Of a DNA stretch of 64,000 bases, positions 48,678 to 57,947 are shown in pieces. The translations under genes were made by a program, and so were the position numbers. Origin of the DNA: Nitrosopumilus sp. (GTDB lineage Archaea; Thermoproteota; Nitrososphaeria; Nitrososphaerales; Nitrosopumilaceae); the NCBI GenBank assembly GCA_965207075.1, contig CBDBLO010000002.1, positions 1,696,001 to 1,760,000 of the forward strand. Reading direction: 5' to 3'. The notes under the pieces were generated by a model. It did not search any database. It worked only from the letters and a program-made list of their open reading frames with translations, and was not told where the DNA came from. Positions within the stretch are counted from its first letter, which is position 1, and each line of letters opens with the position of its first letter.

Positions 48678-49202
48678 ATGGCACGTAGCGTGAAGAACCA
48701 ACCGCGCCAGGCCATCTCCGGGATGATCGTCACCATAATACTGATCGGTATAGTGGTGTCGATCGGAGGCATCCTGGCAACCACCACCACCGACATCGTA
48801 ACGACCGGACTGATCCTGGATGCGGTGGAGATAAAGCGGCTCAACATCCAGAACACGGGAACCACCTCGTACATCACCGGCATGATCAAGAACTCCGGCA
48901 ACACTGACATCAGCAACGCAGTAGTCATAGTCACGCTTGACATCGACAACAAGAACGTAGACGAGGACGACCTGTTCATAGCCGCGTTTGAGCCCGCCGG
49001 CATCCACTCCGGGGTCACGGCGACCGTAAACGAAAAGATCTTTGTCGGGGACACGGAGGACCGCTCGCAAAACCAGACCGCAAGTGTGGAGAACGACGCC
49101 TACCACCGGCTCACCATCGGCCAAAAGTACCTCGTCGAGGTCAGGGCCGACATCGCCGGCGGCGGGCAGTACTCGCAGACCAAGGTAATATCGCCGCAGT
49201 AG
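48678..49202 (+). CDS. Archaeal type IV pilin (probable major pilin)
   Basis: MARSVKNQPRQA/ISGMIVTIILIGIVVSIGGIL class III signal; IKNSGN motif; oligo-T after the stop. Confidence 0.88.
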   Translation: MARSVKNQPRQAISGMIVTIILIGIVVSIGGILATTTTDIVTTGLILDAVEIKRLNIQNTGTTSYITGMIKNSGNTDISNAVVIVTLDIDNKNVDEDDLFIAAFEPAGIHSGVTATVNEKIFVGDTEDRSQNQTASVENDAYHRLTIGQKYLVEVRADIAGGGQYSQTKVISPQ

Positions 49203-49358
49203 CCCGCGGCGCACCCCCTTCTTTTTTCTTCTTGACATTCGGGAGGCCCGCCACACGCAGATTCCCATTGGCCAAAAACCCCTCCGATATGTGGATGTGG
49301 GTCCGGACGGCCGGAGAGACGGGACCGGCGTGCGGCGGCGTGGGTGCGGCCCGCCGAG

Positions 49359-49799
49359 TCAGCGCACGGGGTATATGGAATCGGGATTTTTTCTGAAAAA
49401 CGTTGCCATTGCGCGCGCCATGGTACGCGTCAACCTATCCCGCGCGTTCGCGTCGTGCCTGCCCGCCAGCACAATGCCTGCATGGGTCGGATCATCAGAC
49501 GAGGGCTTGCATTCTATCCTGATGTCCACGTTTCCGAGTTCCCGCACGTACGATATCATTCGTCCCGCACTGAAGACGGCAAATTTGCCGTTCGGGCTTG
49601 TGTCATACTCCTTTGCGCCCAGTATCTTGTTGATTCGTGCAAGCCCCGCCTCCACTTCGAGATCGCCGGGCAGGACGTTGACTGAGAGGTATTTCTCGGA
49701 GGCCCGCATCAGAAAGGCGTTTGTTCTTGGCATGCCGTCCAAAACATTGCCCGGCCTGCAGTATCGGCACAAACGGTCAAGGCGGTTGACGTCGGTCAT
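49359..49799 (-). CDS. Putative toxin, ADP-ribosyltransferase/RES-like fold
   Basis: R(YCRP)...AF...LSVN...HAGI spacing. Fold call is inference. Confidence 0.6.
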   Translation of the reverse strand: MTDVNRLDRLCRYCRPGNVLDGMPRTNAFLMRASEKYLSVNVLPGDLEVEAGLARINKILGAKEYDTSPNGKFAVFSAGRMISYVRELGNVDIRIECKPSSDDPTHAGIVLAGRHDANARDRLTRTMARAMATFFRKNPDSIYPVR

Positions 49800-49802
49800 G
49801 GC

Positions 49803-50213
49803 TCACATGGCATGGTTGGCGCGGGGCATGATCCTTTTGAGCATGTAATCCTGCGTAGACATTTTTGTCTCACGTATCTTGTAGGATCCAGTGTCTTGAT
49901 CCCTGTCGGAATATATGAACCAGACATCTCCCGACGGCAGGAACTCGATGTCCACGTCACTGTCCCCCGCGAATTCCAGATCTGCATGCACGTGACCATC
50001 GGCGCTAGCCGTTATCCCGGGCTTCGGTAGATCCTGGTGGTGCCTTGTCAGAAAGTCCACGAGCGACCTTGCAGAGTCCGGATCCATCGGGTCGGCGCCG
50101 TTCTCCAGCGGAAGCCTGTGCAGGTAGTCCAGCCGGTCCGCAACCTCGCCAAGCCCCGCGCGCCTGGCCATGTCGATGACCTCGGGCATCGTATACGCGG
50201 TTATGGTGGCCAT
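49803..50213 (-). CDS. Hypothetical protein, putative antitoxin
   Basis: Stops 3 nt before the putative toxin; paralogous to 39986-40429. Confidence 0.7.
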   Translation of the reverse strand: MATITAYTMPEVIDMARRAGLGEVADRLDYLHRLPLENGADPMDPDSARSLVDFLTRHHQDLPKPGITASADGHVHADLEFAGDSDVDIEFLPSGDVWFIYSDRDQDTGSYKIRETKMSTQDYMLKRIMPRANHAM

Positions 50214-50397
50214 GAAAAAACGATCTCCGTGCTGCAATTTATGAATATCTGCTTGTAGTCTGCAGAGTCTCGGCAGGATGGCCAGAGCTGGAAGGTGCGG
50301 CCCGTGCAGGCATGTCCGTGCCCGCGGGGCGCGCCCGGCGCGTGAATCTTGGCCGGGGACGCGCATTCTCTTGGCAGCTCCGGACGCGGGAAAGCCA

Positions 50398-51363
50398 TCA
50401 GCCTGACCGTCCGGTCTCCCCGTCCGGCACAAGGCCATATCCGCGGAGAAACCCGGACTCTGCCCGGGTGAGCGGGCCGCCGCTGCCCGGGGCGGCCTCG
50501 TTTGGATCGTTGAGGTATCCCAGCATGGCGATGGGATCCACCGAGTCCATCCCGACCCCCGTCTCGAGCCTGTCGCGTGGCCTGTACCGCCTCTCCATGA
50601 TCTCGCTGTCAAGCATCGACTCCAGCATGGTCGGAACCAGGAACCCCTGCCCGTACACAGGATCCGCAAAGGCGTCGCCCCGGACGTACGGATATCCGTG
50701 AAAGAACCGCACGTGCTCCACCGGGATGCGGTATGCGCCCGTCCCGGGGTCCGTCCCTCCCCCGCGTACGGGGGCCTTTGGGAAGCGGCCGCCCAGCCAG
50801 TAGCGGTTGAACGTGTACGCGTATTTGTCATCAAGCCAGGAGTCGTTCCAGCACAGGTGGTCCCCCACGCGCCCCGGTATCCGCACGGAGCGGCTGCACG
50901 ATATGCCGTGCACGTCTAGCAGGAACTGTTTCCACATCTCCGCGGCCTGCTTGTCGCCCCCGTCCTCCGCGCCGCGCAGCTGCTTGGCGGCCCACCCCTC
51001 GCGGTCCTTGCGCGCCCTCTTCCTCTGCTTTTCTGTAAATATCACCCTGCTGACGCCGTCAAGCGAGTAGTTGTCAGCATAGTCGTGTTTCTCGCGGATC
51101 GAGCGCACGATGCTTCCAGCGCCCCACGCCTTGAACTCAAAGTCAAACAGGCCGGAGCCCTCTGGCCACAGCAGCCTTATCTTCCTGATCCCGCCTGCCT
51201 TTATGCCGGCCATCTGGCTGTGCAGCCTGTGGAACAGGATCCCCTTCTTCTTGATCTCGATTATCAGGGCCCTGTTTGTGACGTGCAACATGCCGCCGCC
51301 GAACCTGGTGCTGATCTTGTGCTGAGACTCCATTACCTCGCCCCTCTGCAATATTATGGGCAT
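50398..51363 (-). CDS. Hypothetical protein with possible N-terminal PH/GRAM-like domain
   Basis: GMLHVTNRALII motif; 321-aa ORF with an AT-rich box upstream. Confidence 0.65.
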   Translation of the reverse strand: MPIILQRGEVMESQHKISTRFGGGMLHVTNRALIIEIKKKGILFHRLHSQMAGIKAGGIRKIRLLWPEGSGLFDFEFKAWGAGSIVRSIREKHDYADNYSLDGVSRVIFTEKQRKRARKDREGWAAKQLRGAEDGGDKQAAEMWKQFLLDVHGISCSRSVRIPGRVGDHLCWNDSWLDDKYAYTFNRYWLGGRFPKAPVRGGGTDPGTGAYRIPVEHVRFFHGYPYVRGDAFADPVYGQGFLVPTMLESMLDSEIMERRYRPRDRLETGVGMDSVDPIAMLGYLNDPNEAAPGSGGPLTRAESGFLRGYGLVPDGETGRSG

Positions 51364-51427
51364 GTTATGTGTACCGTACTGTACCTTATATTCTTTTCTT
51401 GATGCCGTTTGTGTGACGCTACGTTGA

Positions 51428-51919
51428 CTAGCGCTCTGTCCCGCCCAACCTTTTCAGGTCTGATACCCTGCGCATCGTAAACGGGAGCGAATCAAACCAG
51501 CGAAGTTCCTCAAAGAATAATTCCACCGTGTTCAGCACGGATTCCGTGCCGGTGTGGCATCCCCACACAAACCCCTTCCAATCACTTCGACCGATGGGCA
51601 CGTCGGCATACCAGTCATCCGCATCGCGGCGCGCAAACTGTATCAGCTCACGCGTCCTGTTGTTCTCAAATCCGATAAAATGGTTACAGTCGCCGTAGCC
51701 AAGGCCCGTTATCTCGGACCTTGCATGCGGCCAGTCTGTTGGCACGTGTCTCTTTATGCCGACTCGTACCTTTCCATCCGTCTTGAAATACGATATATCC
51801 TGGGTTCTGATGCCCTGGTCCGTCTTGGAGTCGGAACGCGAGAGGCCCTTCTCGTACCAGTAGCTGAGGGTCCTCTGCGGAAGGGTGACAAGTATAGGTC
51901 CTGCGGGCATGGTGCGCAT
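51428..51919 (-). CDS. Hypothetical protein
   Basis: 163-aa ORF with ATTAATA upstream; lower GC than the backbone. Confidence 0.6.
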   Translation of the reverse strand: MRTMPAGPILVTLPQRTLSYWYEKGLSRSDSKTDQGIRTQDISYFKTDGKVRVGIKRHVPTDWPHARSEITGLGYGDCNHFIGFENNRTRELIQFARRDADDWYADVPIGRSDWKGFVWGCHTGTESVLNTVELFFEELRWFDSLPFTMRRVSDLKRLGGTER

Positions 51920-52087
51920 GCGCGCCCTGCGCTATTAATCTTGACTGCGGGGCGCCGTTGCGGGACGGATGACAGCTCCCTGCTGGCTGTGGAGGGATGG
52001 AACGACTCCAGTCCAACCGTGGGACGCAAGCTTTCGTAACGGGACGATGCACTTGTTGCTGAATGGCGCCATTCTGGCTGCCGGACG

Positions 52088-53512
52088 CTACCTTACGCCC
52101 CTGTCGGACGGTTCGGATGCGGGGCCGCCCAACGCGCCGCGGGCGGCCTGACCGGCACCGCCGCCGTCGTCCCCGGAACCCGTTCCCCCGAGCATTCCCT
52201 CGCTTCCGACGCCCTTCACCAGCTTGTCGACTACTGGCATGCTCCCGATTGCGCCCCGGCCCGCCCCCGCGGCAAGGCCCCTGAGGGAGCCACCAAGTCC
52301 GCCTGCCGCCGCGCCGCCGGCCGCGCCTACGGCGCCCCCCATCCCGACCTGCATGGCCATGTTGCTGCTGCTGATGACCGCGGTCTGGATAGCGCCCTGG
52401 ATGGAGCCCGTCACGTTGCTCAGAAACGGCGCCAGGATGAGCGGCCAGAGGCCCGCGAGCGTGACTATCCCCAGCACGGAGACCCACTCCTCAAGCGACG
52501 GCATGGGTGAGTTTGAGATGTGGGTCCAGCCCACGTACAGCGTTACAGCCGAGAGAAACGGCGCAAACGAGGCGCCCACCATGTTGTCTATCATGTTTTT
52601 CGCGTGCTTTTTGAGGTACGGGACGTTCCGCAGGACGAGCCACATCGGCAAGGTGATCAGCACGATACTGATGAACAGCACGCGCACCTTTGCCGTCACG
52701 AACACCACGAGTGACACGACGAGCGCCGGCATCAGCTTGAAGAACGGCATGAACACCTCGCCCATCAGGCTCTGCCCGAAGTCGTTGGGGCTTGCGAGCG
52801 CCGTGCTCCACGATACAGGGTCGAGGACGCCGGCAAAGTCGAACATGCACGCGGCGGAGGCCCCCATCTTGCACCAGAGCGAGTCGATTACCGTATGGGG
52901 ATCGCCGCCGGGGTTCATCATGTGCCTGGAGAATTCGGTCATGTGTATGGCAAACACGTCCCACACCTCCGGCACCAGAAATATGGCCACCAGTCCGAAG
53001 ATCGACGCCTTGAACATATCAAGAGACGCGCCGCGGCGCCATATGCCGAACCCCTTCTCCCAGAAGTGCCCCGCGCCCGAGAATATTGTCATCGCGACCA
53101 GTATGGCAGATGCGGGGTATGCGAACCACCAGTACATGGCCGCGATGCTGCTGTCGGTGTCGCGGTACCCCATCCTTAAGAGTTCCGAGTTTATGGAGTC
53201 GATCTCCTCGTCCGTCCGCGTCAGCGCCTCGTAGTCGGCGTTCTGCATGTGGAGTGTAGCGAGTCCGCGCAGCTCGTCTCGGCGCTCAAGGTGCGGCTGC
53301 GCGGCTATGGCGATCTCCTCTGGCACGGACGAGACGCGGTTGCCGTTATCGTCGTACGCGTGCATGGTGGGGACCTCGGTTATGGCGTCTGCCAAGCTGC
53401 CCTGTATGACGCCCGTGAACGCGGTCATCACCCCCACGTACACCACGAATCCGAGCAGCATCATGCCCAGTATCGCGGGTCCCTGCAACAGGAACGCGGG
53501 CCTGTCCTTCAT
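52088..53512 (-). CDS. VirB6/TrbL-like polytopic membrane protein
   Basis: About 7 TM helices and a Gly/Ala-rich C-terminal tail typical of TrbL/VirB6; adjacent to TadA. Confidence 0.72.
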   Translation of the reverse strand: MKDRPAFLLQGPAILGMMLLGFVVYVGVMTAFTGVIQGSLADAITEVPTMHAYDDNGNRVSSVPEEIAIAAQPHLERRDELRGLATLHMQNADYEALTRTDEEIDSINSELLRMGYRDTDSSIAAMYWWFAYPASAILVAMTIFSGAGHFWEKGFGIWRRGASLDMFKASIFGLVAIFLVPEVWDVFAIHMTEFSRHMMNPGGDPHTVIDSLWCKMGASAACMFDFAGVLDPVSWSTALASPNDFGQSLMGEVFMPFFKLMPALVVSLVVFVTAKVRVLFISIVLITLPMWLVLRNVPYLKKHAKNMIDNMVGASFAPFLSAVTLYVGWTHISNSPMPSLEEWVSVLGIVTLAGLWPLILAPFLSNVTGSIQGAIQTAVISSSNMAMQVGMGGAVGAAGGAAAGGLGGSLRGLAAGAGRGAIGSMPVVDKLVKGVGSEGMLGGTGSGDDGGGAGQAARGALGGPASEPSDRGVR

Positions 53513-53641
53513 GGTATCAGACGTACAGCCGGGATAAAAGGCGCATCAGGCTGCTGGAAGGCACCGGAAGAGCCGGGGCCGTGCCTGCAAGGACTGATCG
53601 CGGGTGCGAAACGCCGCCGAACCGATGCCGTCTGCCCGCCG

Positions 53642-55240
53642 TCATGTGCATCCACTGCCGGCATAGTACCGGTTTATCGCCCCGTGTATGGACTCTATGT
53701 CGGAAGTCTTCCCATCCAGTATGCCCTGCAGGACGCGCACCCGGGATTCCAGGTTCTTCTTGACGTCGTCGACCCCCAGCATGACCTTTACGTTCTGCAG
53801 GGCCGTGCTGCTTCTTACGACCGCGTCCAAATCGTCCGGCACCAGCCTGTTCTTTGCGGGATCGTACCAGAATATCGCGTCAAGCAACCTCTTGTCATCC
53901 GTGTGGGGGGCGGCGGCCGCGTCTGGCGCACCTGCCCGGTTGGAGACTTCCGTAATCGATATGAGCTTGCGCTGCCTCTTGTTGTCGTGCAGCACCCAGG
54001 ACATGTGCAGGATGTACGTGAGAAGGTTGGTCTGGGACTTGGAGAGCGAGATCGGGGGAGCCTCCAGTCTGGTCATGGCGTGCTCCGCGCTGCTTGCATG
54101 AAACGAGCACATGCACCCGGACCCGGACGCGGCGGCCTGGAACAGGCCGTCTGCCTCCCTCCCGAGTATCTCGCCCACCACCACAAAGTCGGGGCGGAAC
54201 CTCATGGACAGCCTGCACAGGTCAAAGACGCCAAAGCCTCCCGCGCCTCCCGCGTTGTCGTTGCCACCACGCGTCGTTGCAGGTGCGCCCTGCTCCCCGT
54301 GCAGCGACGAGTTCGTGGTGGTCTGGTGCCTGCTGACGTACTGGTGCGGCACCTTCAGCTCCAGCACGTCCTCTATGGTGAAATAGTGCCAGTTGGGGTT
54401 TGACATCGTGAATATGGCGTTTATCATGGTGGTCTTGCCGGCCGACGGCGCCCCGATCACCAGGCCGAACCCCTTGAGGTCCATGATACACCAGAGGTAG
54501 GCCGCCGCCAGTACGGAGAGCAGGCCGCTCTGCAGAAGGTGGTATATGGTGACGGCGGAGACTGACGGCTTTCTGATCGACATGGTCGGGCTGTCCGGAG
54601 TGATCTTCCTGTTTCCGGTGAATGTGTAGCGTATGCCGTGCTCGTCGGAAAACGAGGTCATGGGGCGGGTCTCGCTGGGCGGCTCGCCGTACTTTTGCGA
54701 TATGCGCTGGATGAGGCGCTCCAGCGCCGACTCGGTCTGGAATGTCACGTTCGTGCTCAGCAGGGTGTGGTGGGGATGCTCGCGGTGCACGACCGCCACG
54801 GGCCTGTTCCAGTGCAGGCACAGGATGTCCTCTATGTGCGGATCCCGTATCAGGACGTCGAGCTCGGCGTACCCCGCCACGTCCCGGACCAGGTAGTACT
54901 CGACTGCCTCCTTTTCGCGCCTCCACACCTCAAAGTCGTTTGTCGCCTTTGACTCCTCCTCGAGGGTGCGCTTTAGCAGCGGGATGACGTCGTCGCTGGA
55001 TATGTCCTGATACGTAAAGGAGTGGTGTATGTTCTGCATGAGCCGCCTGTACGCGGCCTCGGCGCGCATAGTGAGGGATGGCTCCCTTATGATGTATCGG
55101 CCGTCTCTGGTGACAAAGACACTGGCTTTTGCCCCCGTCTGTCCGATCAGATACTCTTGAACCACATCCAAGTCCGGCGCCTGGTCGTCGAACCTACAGA
55201 TGGCATAGTTGTCCCCGCTTGTCAACAAAGCGCCTTCCAC
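53642..55240 (-). CDS. TadA/VirB11-family secretion ATPase
   Basis: DPHIEDI, SIRK, GAPSAGKTT, TIEDVLEL, RFRPDFVVVGEI and SFHA motifs. Confidence 0.93.
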   Translation of the reverse strand: MEGALLTSGDNYAICRFDDQAPDLDVVQEYLIGQTGAKASVFVTRDGRYIIREPSLTMRAEAAYRRLMQNIHHSFTYQDISSDDVIPLLKRTLEEESKATNDFEVWRREKEAVEYYLVRDVAGYAELDVLIRDPHIEDILCLHWNRPVAVVHREHPHHTLLSTNVTFQTESALERLIQRISQKYGEPPSETRPMTSFSDEHGIRYTFTGNRKITPDSPTMSIRKPSVSAVTIYHLLQSGLLSVLAAAYLWCIMDLKGFGLVIGAPSAGKTTMINAIFTMSNPNWHYFTIEDVLELKVPHQYVSRHQTTTNSSLHGEQGAPATTRGGNDNAGGAGGFGVFDLCRLSMRFRPDFVVVGEILGREADGLFQAAASGSGCMCSFHASSAEHAMTRLEAPPISLSKSQTNLLTYILHMSWVLHDNKRQRKLISITEVSNRAGAPDAAAAPHTDDKRLLDAIFWYDPAKNRLVPDDLDAVVRSSTALQNVKVMLGVDDVKKNLESRVRVLQGILDGKTSDIESIHGAINRYYAGSGCT

Positions 55241-55459
55241 GATTCATGTTTAAGCAAGTCTATCAGTACGTTTTTCTGCACGGATCAGGAGTCGAACACG
55301 ACATGCATAGTCAGCGAGCTAAATAATCGTACATTTTTACAATCGGAATCTCTTCCCTCAGCATCGTACGTATGGATTGCCTCATCTCCTCAGCATACTC
55401 GCACAGTGGTTCCCTGTTGCCTTCTTGAATGATTTCTACTGCACCGCTATCTTCTGAGT

Positions 55460-55541
55460 GTAACCGTTCAACCCGCGTGCCTGCGCCAAGGGGTGAACGG
55501 TTGGACTCATACCTGAATTCTGGAGAAGGCTGAACGGTTAC
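55460..55541. mobile_element. 82-bp MITE with IS66-like GTAAC termini
   Basis: TIRs GTAACCGTTCAACC and GGCTGAACGGTTAC (13/14); flanks CTTCTGAGT and CTTCTGAGC. Confidence 0.8.
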
Positions 55542-55586
55542 CTTCTGAGCTTGTCAATGGTTTATATATTTAAATTTTTTATCATT

Positions 55587-56510
55587 ATGGTATTGATTCC
55601 CGTTTTCCACAAGATGATACGTCCTATACTAGAATTGCTAGCGGATAAAGAGTTACACAGGCTAAAAGAAGTTGTAAATCATTTAGCAGCACATTTTGAA
55701 ATATCAGAAGAGGAAAGATTAGAGCTTACTCCGGTAGGAAAAAGGGGGAAGTTTTACATTAGAGTTGCGTGGGCAATTTCTACACTACGAAACATTGGGC
55801 TTTTAGAAAATACTGAAATTGGGGTATTCAAGATAACCAAAAAAGGCGACCAAAAAAGAAATATTTTGATAAGAAATCCCAACATGAGTGGCTTTAATTT
55901 TCTATCACAGTTTCCAGAATATCGGAATTTTTTACACAGAAACCGAGATACAGGATCAGAAACACAAGACTCTGACGGCGATGAGCTGTCACCTCAGGAA
56001 TTGATTGATAAGAATTTTCTAATATTAGAAACAAATCTGCATGACGAGCTGCTATCAGAGATTAACGATATGGATCCATATGCCTTTCAGAGATTAGTCT
56101 CCACAGTGCTGACCGCAATGAGGTATGGTTCGCCTGATTTGGAAACAGATCTCCCAAAAACAAGAGATGGAGGAATAGACGGCATTATTAACCAAGATGA
56201 ATTAGGACTGGAAAAGATCTATCTTCAAGCAAAGAGATGGAGAACCAACAGAGTGAGCAAGGATGAAATCCAGAAGTTTATGGGAGCGCTAAGCGACAAG
56301 GCTACAAAAAAAGGGGTGTTTATAACAACTAGCAAATTTACTAGAGATGCCAAAGATTTTGCTAAAAGTAACGCTAATTTCAGTGTAGTATTAATTGATG
56401 GTCAAAAACTTGCTAAATTGATGGATAAGTATAATCTTGGAGTAACTAATTCCAAAACATACACAATTAAAAAATTTGATCAGGATTTTTTCGACGAGTA
56501 CAACATTTGA
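55587..56510 (+). CDS. mrr: Mrr type IV restriction endonuclease
   Basis: Mrr_N (IRPILELL...RVAWA) plus catalytic DGGIDG...IYLQAKRW...GVFITTS...LIDG. Confidence 0.92.
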   Translation: MVLIPVFHKMIRPILELLADKELHRLKEVVNHLAAHFEISEEERLELTPVGKRGKFYIRVAWAISTLRNIGLLENTEIGVFKITKKGDQKRNILIRNPNMSGFNFLSQFPEYRNFLHRNRDTGSETQDSDGDELSPQELIDKNFLILETNLHDELLSEINDMDPYAFQRLVSTVLTAMRYGSPDLETDLPKTRDGGIDGIINQDELGLEKIYLQAKRWRTNRVSKDEIQKFMGALSDKATKKGVFITTSKFTRDAKDFAKSNANFSVVLIDGQKLAKLMDKYNLGVTNSKTYTIKKFDQDFFDEYNI

Positions 56511-56649
56511 CGCTTCGTGTATCGTAGTGTGAATCAATCTAAACAATTGATGATACACATTGAGATAGAGACAAGGTGCATGAAAGATGAGAAGACATGG
56601 TGCGTCGGGTCGACTTCCCAAGAACATTCTATGGTGTTAGGCGCATAGC

Positions 56650-57060
56650 TGGCCAAGTAATACTCGACTGTATCTATTTCGCATTTCTATACATCAAAAT
56701 CGTTTGTCGTCTTTGACTTCTTTTCGGTATGAACCAAGCTGCACACACAGAATCTAGACAAAACAGGATCTTTTGTTCGCAGAGCTTAGTTCACACCCTT
56801 TTCAAACGTGCGCTTTAGCAGAGAAATGGCGTCGTCGCTGGATATGTTCTGGTACGTGAAGGAACGGTACATATTCTGCATTGAGCCGCATGTACGCGGC
56901 TTCTGCGAGCATAGTGAGAGGTAGTCCTCTTATGATGTAGTGGTCATCCCCGGTGATAAAGGTGCTGGTTTTTGTTCCTGTTTGCCCAGTTTGATACTCT
57001 TGGATCATACGCCCGGATTCAGCGCTTAGTCGTCGAATCTGTAGATGGCGTACTGTCGTT
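56650..57060 (-). pseudogene. Frameshifted duplicate of the 5' end of the TadA gene
   Basis: Aligns base by base to about 54890-55215 (QEYQTGQTGTKTSTFIT vs QEYLIGQTGAKASVFVT); interrupted by a MITE. Confidence 0.88.
56726..56797. mobile_element. 72-bp MITE
   Basis: TIRs GGTATGAACCAAGCT and AGCTTAGTTCACACC (13/15); 6-bp TSD CTTTTC; removing it restores collinearity with tadA. Confidence 0.85.
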
Positions 57061-57197
57061 GCTCTTCAAGGACATGGTACTGCAGCTCGTTTAAGTAGCA
57101 CAAGTCTTTGCAGGTAAGCTTCGAACTTATCAGTGGTGTACAATTTGTGGTATATGGTAGACGTTATATTTTTTAATTTGATAAAAAAATCACTATT

Positions 57198-57947
57198 GTG
57201 GATCCACGCAAATTGGACGATGTTAAAGAGGGTGCAGAGGTTCAGATTAAGGATGAGCGTAGTGGTGACTTGATTGATACTATAGTTGACAAAGCGCTGA
57301 CGAAAATCCCGTATCATCATAGTGGGATACGAATCAAAGACATCAATGGTAGAACTGGGAGGGTGCAAGACTTTCGTACTCAAATAAATGAACATAGTAA
57401 ACTAAAGCAACTAGTTAGAGATTTTGAACAGAATTTAAAACTTGATGAAAGTGAAACTTTGGAGTTTAAAGCCAATATGCTTTTTGATCGAAATCATTAC
57501 GAGAAAAGTAATGAAAAAAGAGAATCTAAAAATGGCATTCATTCGATCGCCAAAACAATTGCCGCATTTGCCAACCAACATGGTGGAATTTTATATATTG
57601 GTGTAAGTGACGATACACGAGAAATTTTAGGATTAGAGGAAGATTATGAATTATTATCTTATAAGAACAATTCTGATGGCTTTTTAATAAAATTAAAGAA
57701 TTCGATGGAAAGCATGTTGGGAAAGCATGATTTTCATCCCTGTGTGAAAGAAAGACGAATATTAAAAATGCGTAACAATAAAGAAGTTTGTGTTATCGAA
57801 GTAATCCCCAGCTCAACACCACTAATTATAAAACAAAAACAAGAACAGCAGCTGTATGTACGCGAGGGTAGTGACTCCATACGCTATGAAAATATTCAGG
57901 CCTTCTGTAATCATTGGCACGATCATATGAAGTGGCTAGAAAGCTAG
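57198..57947 (+). CDS. YwbE(DUF2196)-like domain fused to Schlafen/AlbA_2 domain
   Basis: N-terminal V..ALT...HHSGIRI...GRTGRVQ; C-terminal ESETLEFK, KTIAAFANQHGGILYIGVSD and YVREG. Confidence 0.82.
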   Translation: MDPRKLDDVKEGAEVQIKDERSGDLIDTIVDKALTKIPYHHSGIRIKDINGRTGRVQDFRTQINEHSKLKQLVRDFEQNLKLDESETLEFKANMLFDRNHYEKSNEKRESKNGIHSIAKTIAAFANQHGGILYIGVSDDTREILGLEEDYELLSYKNNSDGFLIKLKNSMESMLGKHDFHPCVKERRILKMRNNKEVCVIEVIPSSTPLIIKQKQEQQLYVREGSDSIRYENIQAFCNHWHDHMKWLES

